DNA of 64,000 nucleotides from a virus. A model generated the notes under the pieces. The model was not told where the DNA came from and made no database searches. It saw nothing but the letters and a program-made list of their open reading frames with translations. This document shows, piece after piece, positions 44,938 to 53,748 of the stretch. A program made the translations under genes and the position numbers. The stretch lies in IMG/VR virus record IMGVR_UViG_3300045971_000277, positions 31,181-95,180 of that record; one strand, 5' to 3'. The number at the start of each line of letters is the position of its first letter. Position 1 is the stretch's first letter.

Positions 44938-46244
44938 TGGGACGCTTCTTAAATCCAGGCGAAGAAGAATTCTCAAACATCATGGACCCTTATGGGATCC
45001 ATGATCGTACCTTGCGTGCGCGGCTCGATACCGTCAGCCTCGATGGCGGATTCACTACGTTTTCCATGCTTGGCTCGCCCTCGTCCGGCCGCTCCGCTTC
45101 GCTTCCTTGGCTTTGGGTCAGCTTTCCCGAAGGCGACCCCGGTCAGCCACCATCGGACGTCCGGAGTGGAGCGTGGGGCCGCTACATGCCATTCCAGAAC
45201 GACATCGTCAAGGTGTCGTTTGACTACGATGATACGCCACACATCGTCGGTTACGATATGCTGGCGGCGCTCGACCGTAAGCATTATGGGGCTGGCGACG
45301 GCAAATCAGGCTACATTGCGATTACGAAGGCCCGCGAATCCGGTGTTGTCCATCCGAATTTCAGAACGCTACAGCCGGGCGAGTATGACTTTATGTCAAT
45401 CGGAGGTGCCTATATCTATGGCGCGGCCGATGGTACGCTACATCTAGAATCTGGCATTACGTACTGCCACATCTCAAATGCGGCTGATGAAATCGGCATG
45501 GCGACAACGTCGCTCAGAATTGATGGCCGCACGTCAATGCTCCGGTATGGACAGGTTAGGCGCGAGTCACTGACATCGCCCGGCGATTATACTGCACTTG
45601 GCCCGTGGAATCCAACAGGTTCTGGCCAAGAATTTGATGTAAAGCTGACCAGGACCGTTACGGGCGCTGAGAAGCTTGACGTAGCACGATTCGCTATTGG
45701 CAACGTGGCAAATGACCTGATGGTTGAATTGTCGGCCAATTCTGGCCTACCGAAGCTGCTAGATCTACAGTTGTACAACCCGTCTGGCTTAGCGTCGGTT
45801 TGGTCAACTGAGGTTGACCAGCTTGGGTCAACCGAAATCGCATCACTAACCGCCCTCAGCTATCGCATTAGCGTGCCACTTGCCAGCTTCGGTGTGTCGG
45901 CTGCGTCAATGTCACTAACCGCTGCGGCTAATGCCTCAATTACCGGCGCGTCGATTGCTTTATTGGCGCAATCGATTACGATAGGCTCGACCCCAGGTAG
46001 TATCGTCGCGCTCGGGCCGAACCCCGTGCTAGGTGGGGCCGTGGGTGGCACGGCCCTATCTACGTTACTGTCGCCGGTTTCTGGTACGCTTTCTGCCGCG
46101 TTAGCTGCAGCAATAGCGATGTCAGCCATCGTCGCGCCAGTCAACGGGTCCGCAGTCGGCCCCTTATTAACGACCATTCTAACATATCTGCAGACACTTG
46201 ATCTGGCCATACCAGCATCGACGTCGACGGCGGTATCGGTTTAA
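44937..46244 (+). CDS. Baseplate central spike protein (gp5/gpV-like)
   Basis: N-terminal OB-like region (YMPFQNDIVKVSF) followed by beta repeats and a hydrophobic tip; follows the hub gene. Confidence 0.55.
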   Translation: MGRFLNPGEEEFSNIMDPYGIHDRTLRARLDTVSLDGGFTTFSMLGSPSSGRSASLPWLWVSFPEGDPGQPPSDVRSGAWGRYMPFQNDIVKVSFDYDDTPHIVGYDMLAALDRKHYGAGDGKSGYIAITKARESGVVHPNFRTLQPGEYDFMSIGGAYIYGAADGTLHLESGITYCHISNAADEIGMATTSLRIDGRTSMLRYGQVRRESLTSPGDYTALGPWNPTGSGQEFDVKLTRTVTGAEKLDVARFAIGNVANDLMVELSANSGLPKLLDLQLYNPSGLASVWSTEVDQLGSTEIASLTALSYRISVPLASFGVSAASMSLTAAANASITGASIALLAQSITIGSTPGSIVALGPNPVLGGAVGGTALSTLLSPVSGTLSAALAAAIAMSAIVAPVNGSAVGPLLTTILTYLQTLDLAIPASTSTAVSV

Positions 46245-46759
46245 TGAATACCATTACAATACCAGCGGAAGTCAGATGCGTTGCCACTGCGTTGGCACTG
46301 TTGCCCGATTCCACTCTAAGGTCAGCGTCGGCTGCACTTAATACGGTAATACAAACGTTGACGGCATACGAGGCCATATTGGCTGCGCGATTATCTTCGC
46401 TAAACCTTATACTACTTCCATTGCTAGCGAAGAAGGCCGCGATTGAGAATATAATAAAGTCGTACCAGACTACTACCAATCTATTTGCGCAGGGCGTAGT
46501 GAATCAGTGTCCCGCACTCGGTGCTACGGTCCAAATAGCCCAATCAGCCATAGACCCTTATATAGCTGGGGCGCGACGCTTGCTTAATATTATTAATATT
46601 ACAGCGCGGCTTCAGCTTGAATATGGCAAATACCGCGATGAGATAATAAAGCAGATTAATTTTCTACGCCGCGTAAAGGCACAGATAGATAATCTAATAC
46701 AGATCAGAACTAGTGTGATCATGACGGCGTCAATTAAGCCGTCCATCAAAGGCCTTTAA
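46244..46759 (+). CDS. Hypothetical helical baseplate-region protein
   Basis: Translationally coupled on both sides (TAATG). Confidence 0.55.
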   Translation: MNTITIPAEVRCVATALALLPDSTLRSASAALNTVIQTLTAYEAILAARLSSLNLILLPLLAKKAAIENIIKSYQTTTNLFAQGVVNQCPALGATVQIAQSAIDPYIAGARRLLNIINITARLQLEYGKYRDEIIKQINFLRRVKAQIDNLIQIRTSVIMTASIKPSIKGL

Positions 46760-47172
46760 TGAGTACTACGTTCAAAATACAGGACGGCGATTTCGTCGAC
46801 AATAGCGCGACCGGACGTCCTATTATGTTAATGGACCGCGACGCGGTTAAACAATCTATTGGCGAGAATCTGTCGATTAAGACACTGTCGAATGGGTTTG
46901 GCGCAGGCATACAGGGGCTAGTCGGCACGATCCCGGTCGACGATACCACGATGACGATGATGCTAGACAGCAAGATTCGTAATTCTATCACGGCAATGAT
47001 CAGCTTGCAGACGCAGAACGATGTAACGCGCACAACAACCGAAAAGTTGACTGGGATTTCATTTTTAAAGGTGGTACAGGATACATCGGACCCACGCCGG
47101 TATCTATACTACCTAGATGTTGCTACGGTGGCCGGACCCGCCATTAGGGTCAGTGGGCAGGTGGTGCGATAA
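46759..47172 (+). CDS. Baseplate wedge/sheath initiator (gp25-like)
   Basis: 137 aa immediately before baseplate J; FKIQDGD...FG pattern. Confidence 0.65.
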   Translation: MSTTFKIQDGDFVDNSATGRPIMLMDRDAVKQSIGENLSIKTLSNGFGAGIQGLVGTIPVDDTTMTMMLDSKIRNSITAMISLQTQNDVTRTTTEKLTGISFLKVVQDTSDPRRYLYYLDVATVAGPAIRVSGQVVR

Positions 47173-48620
47173 TGTCGATCGAAAAGGTGTCAGCGTCACA
47201 ATTTGCGCAGCGTATTAAAGCTGCCATCACGTCCCGCAATAAGACGTATGACGTCAATGTCGGCCCCATACCTGACGTTATTATTAATCCGATGGGCGGT
47301 GTTCTCGAGTCGCAAAACAACGCGATCGTATCACTACAGTCACTACTTTCACTTATTAATGACGGCACATATACCCACGACGACTTAGTCGCCTTTGTAA
47401 AGAATGAGGGCGTTACACCTGATACTGGGTCGGCCGCCTCAGCTACCCTCGTGTTTTCTGTAGCCGCTGTTAGCGCCTCGCTGACGGTTGGTACAGGTTA
47501 CCCAGTCGGATCACTATCAAACGAAGAAACCGGAAGTTCAATCACGTTTATAACGATTGAGTCAGCTACACTTTCGTATGCAACCCGCGCATCTTATTAT
47601 AATCCAGATACACAGCGATATGAGCTACAGGTCGCAGCGGTTGCAACATCCGGCGGGACTAAGGGTAATGTCGGCGCCAACCGTATCATTAATCCACTTA
47701 GGCCACTAATTGGGTTTGATTCAATCACAAACCCGCAGCCCGCCACAGGTGGTCGCGACTCTTCCAGTGATAGCGAGTTGATCGAGCAATACTTAATTGC
47801 CATTACGGGGTCGAATGCCTCTGGCGAAGATGGCATTCGTCGCACATCACTCGATGTATTTTCTAATGTACAAGACGTCGCGATGGTTTACGGTAGTGAC
47901 CCGCTTCTGCTACGTGCGAGCACAGACGCTGGGGCAGTTGACCAGTGGGTTCTAGGCGACGCCATGGTGTCACGCACGGACGCGTCGACTTACGTAGGCC
48001 CGTTACAGCCCATATATCTGCTGAGTCAGCCCGTCGTCGGCATCACGCGGATTACGAGCGGGGCTAATAATCTGGTTGAGGGCGTAGATTTTACGTTCGT
48101 TAAGGATGTCACTGGATACAGTGGATCTATACGTGGACGAGATTACATTAAGCTGCTTAACACATCACTATTGCTGCCAGTTGCCGGTAGCCCCATAACA
48201 GTTGTATATAATCAGAACTCTCTGATCGAATTGATGCAAAACACATATTCGCAGCCAGCGTATTATTCATACGGTAGCGACCTACTAATACGTGCGGCGA
48301 ATCAGATTAATATCGCGGTGACGGCCACGTTTAGAACGCGGCAAGGATACAATCCGACGACAGTGCAGGCGCAGGTCACAACCGCCGTTCGTGGTTTCGT
48401 TAATTCGTTGATGCTTAATGCCCGCATACCAAGTGTGTCGGATGGCGGATCTGTGCAGAAGTCCGACATTGACGCTGAGGTTCGGCGCATCAGCGGCGTC
48501 GATAACTTTACTATAACTATATTTGACGTCGTAGGCGGGACCGGCAACGCTGATATTCCGATTGGGCGTAATCAATATCCGCGTCTAGCCGCCACCGACC
48601 TTACCATCACGCCTGCCTAA
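47172..48620 (+). CDS. Baseplate J-like wedge protein
   Basis: A.A.L.F...VPTG, V.A.A..GG..GNVGAN.I...I.GFDSITNP..ATGG.D.SDSEL, G.VD.WV. Confidence 0.85.
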   Translation: MSIEKVSASQFAQRIKAAITSRNKTYDVNVGPIPDVIINPMGGVLESQNNAIVSLQSLLSLINDGTYTHDDLVAFVKNEGVTPDTGSAASATLVFSVAAVSASLTVGTGYPVGSLSNEETGSSITFITIESATLSYATRASYYNPDTQRYELQVAAVATSGGTKGNVGANRIINPLRPLIGFDSITNPQPATGGRDSSSDSELIEQYLIAITGSNASGEDGIRRTSLDVFSNVQDVAMVYGSDPLLLRASTDAGAVDQWVLGDAMVSRTDASTYVGPLQPIYLLSQPVVGITRITSGANNLVEGVDFTFVKDVTGYSGSIRGRDYIKLLNTSLLLPVAGSPITVVYNQNSLIELMQNTYSQPAYYSYGSDLLIRAANQINIAVTATFRTRQGYNPTTVQAQVTTAVRGFVNSLMLNARIPSVSDGGSVQKSDIDAEVRRISGVDNFTITIFDVVGGTGNADIPIGRNQYPRLAATDLTITPA

Positions 48621-49558
48621 TGTTATACCCGTCTAAGAGCGTCGGCTGGGTGGATGACCAGATATACATGCCAACATCTGGGTTGGCATCGACGACTGCG
48701 CGTAATACGAACTTTGTATCGTCGCCTGTGTGGACCATGACGGGTGCCGGTCAGTATAACTTTAGTGTGCTCAATGGGGTTCGTACTGTTACGGTCGGCG
48801 GCCAGCCAGGATCCACCGCATTGTTGTCCGACGCCGCCACATACGTATGTGCCGACATCTCAGTTAGAGTGAAGGTTGATGCTGACACATCGGCTGTCGA
48901 TGGTGTCGTATATGCCGCGCTCACATTAGCATTTGACGCGTCTAATTACATTATAGTTAGGCATCGCTCGTCACTAGAGTACGGTGCAGTTTGTGACGCC
49001 ATAATTGTGCAGAATGGTGAAGACATCCACTGCGGATTCGTCATCCCAGCGACACAGATATATGAGCTACGTATTATACATGCCGCACAATCCGTGGATG
49101 TGATGGTACGCGACGACGGCGGCGCGTGGGCCGTTCTTGGCTCTACGCGAACATGGACATCGTCAATAGCAGCAGTGGCGTCGGTTAGCTGCTCAAATGG
49201 TACAAATGGGTATAGGTTTAGTACTAGCCTTATAAGCTTTGTGTCTAAGCTCAACGTGTTGTATGGTCTAGAACCAGCGATAGACTCAGCCGTTACATTG
49301 TTTGGTACCACCACAAACGTACCAGACCCGCAATGGGCTCGACATGAAATTAAGTCAGTTACATTGACGTTGTTTGACCATGTCGGCGTCCGCGATACTG
49401 GTATATTTACCTACAACCGTGTGGGATATTATAGGGTTAAACAGAGTAGTCGGCTGACAGCAGACTTAATAACTAAGCCGCACAAATCAGTCAGGAAGCT
49501 ACCACTGGCCAGCAGCAACAATATCGGGCTAGCGTTCACGCTGCCGTACGCATTATAA
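48620..49558 (+). CDS. Baseplate-associated beta-sandwich protein
   Basis: Coupled to baseplate J; beta-rich composition. Confidence 0.5.
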   Translation: MLYPSKSVGWVDDQIYMPTSGLASTTARNTNFVSSPVWTMTGAGQYNFSVLNGVRTVTVGGQPGSTALLSDAATYVCADISVRVKVDADTSAVDGVVYAALTLAFDASNYIIVRHRSSLEYGAVCDAIIVQNGEDIHCGFVIPATQIYELRIIHAAQSVDVMVRDDGGAWAVLGSTRTWTSSIAAVASVSCSNGTNGYRFSTSLISFVSKLNVLYGLEPAIDSAVTLFGTTTNVPDPQWARHEIKSVTLTLFDHVGVRDTGIFTYNRVGYYRVKQSSRLTADLITKPHKSVRKLPLASSNNIGLAFTLPYAL

Positions 49559-49565
49559 GGATCTT

Positions 49566-52544
49566 ATGGATGTACTAGCGCCAAGATATGCCGACCTGCT
49601 CGCGAGCCTACCACAAGGCTCATTTTATGACGCCGACGGTGTTGTCGTGCCGTGGACTAACGCACCGTACGAATTAAGATTAACGACGGACTCGGCTGCC
49701 ACTACATATTCATTATTTGTCAATGATATCGTGGTAGGCGAAGCAACGACTGACGCAGACTCATCGGTGCTCGTAACCGTCATATTGAAACTCGGACGTA
49801 ACGTCATCACGCTCACCCGCAGTGGATATGATAGCAAAACATTAGTATACATTACAGCGCGGCACACCGCCACTTATCATGCGGCGCATGCCGACGCATT
49901 ACAGATAATCGACGATAACATAGATCAAGTTAAGCAGAATCAGTATCTGGCCACGGTTAACCCAGATAGCATAGACCAGATTTGGGCTCGACGCCTAAGA
50001 ACACAAAACACACCAAATTATCCTACCAGTACCTACCGTAGCATACTGCAGCAGCTGCAGCAGGCGTATCGGTACTACGGCGGGACTGAATCAGGACTAA
50101 TGTCGGCTGTCGCGGCGTTTACTGGAATGAGCCCCATGTTGGTCCCGTTTGCGGAGTCCAAACGGTGGCTACTTGGCGAGCAACTCATACCAAACCCTAG
50201 CTTTACCGACATGGTCTGGGACGTGACAGAAAGCCTAGCTTCACTTAACGCGTTGGGTATCGGCATATCAATAATCGACCCGCATTATTACATTGATGAC
50301 GTACTAAACGTAACTTGGAATGGAACTGGATTAGACGTTGGTGGTAGTGTATATGGGATCGACCGCAAATCTGGGCCAGCCGACATCGATGTCGAGCTAT
50401 ATGAAATAAATACTGGCGCCATACTAACCAACGTTGGGCCATACGACACTAGCGTACGTAACCTATTAACATTAGACTTAGGCCGTGGACCGATCACATT
50501 TACACTAACAAGTTCTGCCACGCTTGGCGCAGCACAATTACTGATTGATATCAATGCTGGGCTTACTGCGGACTCTAGGTACGTAAGTATACCGCCATCT
50601 ACGCTTAATCTTGGCTGTGTCACCATATATCCAATGCCAGATGAGCCGACTATCTCGATTCTTCCGTCCAGGTCAGTTAATAATGACTATAACACTGACG
50701 CTGCTATTAATATATTTAACATACCTATTGGCCGCACTACATGCGGTGCAGCCACCTTTACTGGATATACAACAGCCGTATCGGTAGCCAGCGTGACGGG
50801 GTTTAACGTGGGCGATGACGCGTTGTTATTCTCATGCGTTGTGGCTGGCCCTGCCACTAAGGCGCTAACGGTTAAAGTCACCGCAATTGGTACTACAACA
50901 TTAACTCTTGATGCGTCTGCGTATACTGGCATATGCGTGCCAACGCAGATATTAAGTGGTACGATTATATGTAATGCCACGCAGTATCCGGCTAGTTATA
51001 ACCTTAAGACGCCACGCGCAAAGTTTACTGTGCATGTGGAGCATCCTGAGTCGTTCCCCACATCCGGGCCAGCAGTAAGCGGCAGCATAACCGTATCGCC
51101 TGTAGTGAATCGTGTCGTTGGTTGGGTTGTCTCGCCGGGCCCCACAACCGGCTCATTCGGCAATTTTTGGATCAATCAAAGATCCCTTGGGCTAAACTCG
51201 GCTGTGTTAACCACAGCCACTACCATAGTGTACGGATTAGATAGGTGGGCTGGCCGAACCGCTACGTTACATGCCGTAGTAAGCCCACAGTATACTGGAA
51301 CGGCATCGTCACTCGTATTAGAAATATCGTACGACAACGTTACATGGACGTCTACGACTCCGTTCAACGTCCCATTTGCCGCGACGCCTGTTTTGTCGAC
51401 GTTGGCAACTACGATACCATACGATGCCACCATGGCCTATGTTAGACTACGAGTCGCCACGGTCGGCGCTGCCGGATCCGCTGTGTTTATCGAGCGCGTG
51501 ACATTCACCGTAGACTCACACCACGCCTTGTTCCTTGGCACTAACACAATCGTGAGGAACCAGCATCGGGCGAAGCGAGGCAGTACCCTATACGTATGGT
51601 GCCCAGATGTACTAACGGCGGCCGAGCAAGCTTTATTGGGCTTACCGCAGGGGGCACGTGGACACATCGACACGATCAGCCCAGCCCACGTTGTTGTTGA
51701 CCGTGTTGACATGTCAGGCGGGTCTAATGTGGTCGGAATAAGTGGTGCGGCTGCGCTAGCTGCTTGCACACTAGTTAACATGGAGGTTGTCGCACAATCC
51801 CCGGATCGGCTATCATATCTGCGCCCGACAACGGCGTCGCGTGTCGTGGGTGAAGTTGTATATCCCCTTACAGTATCGCCATACACGTTTGGGCTAGCCC
51901 ACCCGATTAATGTGACTAGTGCAGTTTATACCGTATATGAAAACGGCGTGCCAGTCGTAGCTAGCATGACCAGCGTGACTGATGCAACTACACTAAATCT
52001 AACGTACGCGCCAGATACAACTAAGGTGTATACGGTTGATTATGATACAGTGATACAAGCCACATCATCCGTAATTGAACTGCCAGCAGACTATGCTACG
52101 CGTCCATGGTACGGCAATTATGCTACCTATAGTGAGCTTTATGTAACTCCACAGTCGGTCCCAATCGTGGCTGGTATACAATTCGACGCAACGTACAAGG
52201 CGCTGCTAAAAGTACGATCGGATCAGGATAAAGCAACCACCACGTTGTCGCGAGACGATGGCCGATACGTAACAGTGGTACCAGAAGACCAGTGGGGATA
52301 CATCGACGCTACTACCGTATCGATCTCGCCTAACCAGTTTGACGCAAACAATCTATATACATTAACGTACGTCGGGCGTGTCGTGCATCCAGTTCCTAGG
52401 CAGTCCACGCTGGCTGAGGTGCGGCAGGCCGCTACATCGCCAAACGTTTTACTGGCACCATGGACTCAATACGAAATCAATCAACCGTTGGCGCCAATGC
52501 AGTTCTGTCAATTCCGCATCACTTTATCGAACGTGATAGGTTAA
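49566..52544 (+). CDS. Large baseplate wedge protein (gpI/P2-I-like core plus appended domains)
   Basis: ID..W..RL.T......Y....YR..L.......Y.GT.SGL..AV..FTG..P wedge motif; 992 aa. Confidence 0.6.
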   Translation: MDVLAPRYADLLASLPQGSFYDADGVVVPWTNAPYELRLTTDSAATTYSLFVNDIVVGEATTDADSSVLVTVILKLGRNVITLTRSGYDSKTLVYITARHTATYHAAHADALQIIDDNIDQVKQNQYLATVNPDSIDQIWARRLRTQNTPNYPTSTYRSILQQLQQAYRYYGGTESGLMSAVAAFTGMSPMLVPFAESKRWLLGEQLIPNPSFTDMVWDVTESLASLNALGIGISIIDPHYYIDDVLNVTWNGTGLDVGGSVYGIDRKSGPADIDVELYEINTGAILTNVGPYDTSVRNLLTLDLGRGPITFTLTSSATLGAAQLLIDINAGLTADSRYVSIPPSTLNLGCVTIYPMPDEPTISILPSRSVNNDYNTDAAINIFNIPIGRTTCGAATFTGYTTAVSVASVTGFNVGDDALLFSCVVAGPATKALTVKVTAIGTTTLTLDASAYTGICVPTQILSGTIICNATQYPASYNLKTPRAKFTVHVEHPESFPTSGPAVSGSITVSPVVNRVVGWVVSPGPTTGSFGNFWINQRSLGLNSAVLTTATTIVYGLDRWAGRTATLHAVVSPQYTGTASSLVLEISYDNVTWTSTTPFNVPFAATPVLSTLATTIPYDATMAYVRLRVATVGAAGSAVFIERVTFTVDSHHALFLGTNTIVRNQHRAKRGSTLYVWCPDVLTAAEQALLGLPQGARGHIDTISPAHVVVDRVDMSGGSNVVGISGAAALAACTLVNMEVVAQSPDRLSYLRPTTASRVVGEVVYPLTVSPYTFGLAHPINVTSAVYTVYENGVPVVASMTSVTDATTLNLTYAPDTTKVYTVDYDTVIQATSSVIELPADYATRPWYGNYATYSELYVTPQSVPIVAGIQFDATYKALLKVRSDQDKATTTLSRDDGRYVTVVPEDQWGYIDATTVSISPNQFDANNLYTLTYVGRVVHPVPRQSTLAEVRQAATSPNVLLAPWTQYEINQPLAPMQFCQFRITLSNVIG

Positions 52545-52545
52545 C

Positions 52546-53688
52546 ATGAGCCTTGATAATATCAGAGTGTTTGGCATGATGATGCGGACCACTGCGACTG
52601 GCGCGCCTCCTCCGGGAGGTGGAGGAGGTGGAGGAGGTGGTGGAGGTGGCGGTGGAGGCGTGCCGATGCCGTTCGACGTTACTGCGTTGCGAATCAATGC
52701 TGAAGTACTATCGTGGAGTCCTGGCAGTACTGCGATGACATTTGAGACGCTTCCTCTTACACTTGTTGGCACTGGACTAAATACAATAACCACTGTAACT
52801 CTTAACGGTGAAGAAGGGTGGGTCTCCATACAAGCGCAGTCGGCATCAGAAATAACATTCTATAACATACCCGTATCTCCTTTGGAAAACTATGGGATGG
52901 AAAATCATCCCCATACCCAGACACTGACAATATCGGACGGTACCAATAGTTTTGATATTACTATCGGCGTCATGTTGACGCCGAGGCCGCAAGCCAACTC
53001 TATTGATAGTAGCAACATTCTTGCCAACTGGTCTACTGAGCTATACTATAACAGTCTAGATTATTATGGTGTTTATCTACAAAACCCAGCTACAAATTCT
53101 GCCCCGGTATTATTAAGATATACAGCCAATAGAGTACCATCGTATGCAGATAAGTTACTTACTACAGCTGAGATACCCATCAACTCAGGCAGATTCGTGT
53201 ATGTAACTGGAGTTATCACGAAACAAGTCGGGATGGATTGGGTTAAGTCAGTCGAGAGCCCATTCTTAAACCAATTGTTCGTTGGGTTGGCTAATGCACC
53301 ACCGACCACGACAGATTTTGGTAGGTATACAGACGGTGGGTGGGTTTGGGAATCACAAATCGGCCAATTTGTACCTGCGGTCCAAACCGATATCATAATA
53401 CGAGGACTACGTCTAGAGACAGTTACGTGGATTGAGTTCTTAAATGGCGCCGGTACAACAATTGATGTGTGGGATCCTGCTAACCCGGCTGGTAGTGGGT
53501 ACCGGGTTGGTGCGTGGGCGGAACGTTCGTGGTCGCTCAATGCCAATCCCGGATCTCCCACGTATAACACCTGTGAAATACATATTAGGATGGACTTGGG
53601 TACGCCAATCACGAATGTTAGAAACCTTCGTCTATATAATGATGTCGGTAGTACCTTATTGCCTGCCACGATCGGGTGGGCTGTATAA
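52546..53688 (+). CDS. Virion protein with poly-Gly hinge and IPT/TIG-like domain
   Basis: PPP-G15 linker; LTLVGTGLNTITTVTLNG Ig/TIG-like motif. Confidence 0.6.
   Translation: MSLDNIRVFGMMMRTTATGAPPPGGGGGGGGGGGGGGGVPMPFDVTALRINAEVLSWSPGSTAMTFETLPLTLVGTGLNTITTVTLNGEEGWVSIQAQSASEITFYNIPVSPLENYGMENHPHTQTLTISDGTNSFDITIGVMLTPRPQANSIDSSNILANWSTELYYNSLDYYGVYLQNPATNSAPVLLRYTANRVPSYADKLLTTAEIPINSGRFVYVTGVITKQVGMDWVKSVESPFLNQLFVGLANAPPTTTDFGRYTDGGWVWESQIGQFVPAVQTDIIIRGLRLETVTWIEFLNGAGTTIDVWDPANPAGSGYRVGAWAERSWSLNANPGSPTYNTCEIHIRMDLGTPITNVRNLRLYNDVGSTLLPATIGWAV
52615..52659 (+). repeat. GGN trinucleotide tract encoding 15 Gly
   Basis: GGA GGT GGA GGA GGT GGA GGA GGT GGT GGA GGT GGC GGT GGA GGC. Confidence 0.9.
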
Positions 53689-53713
53689 TTGCCATAGTGT
53701 AGGTTTACCACAC

Positions 53714-53738
53714 TATTATATAACCAACCTATAGGTTG
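53714..53738 (+). promoter_or_regulatory. TATTATATA plus perfect 14-bp palindrome CAACCTATAGGTTG upstream of the tail fibre RBS
   Basis: Palindrome at 53725-53738, directly before GAGGAG. Confidence 0.45.
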
Positions 53739-53748
53739 AGGAGAGTCC

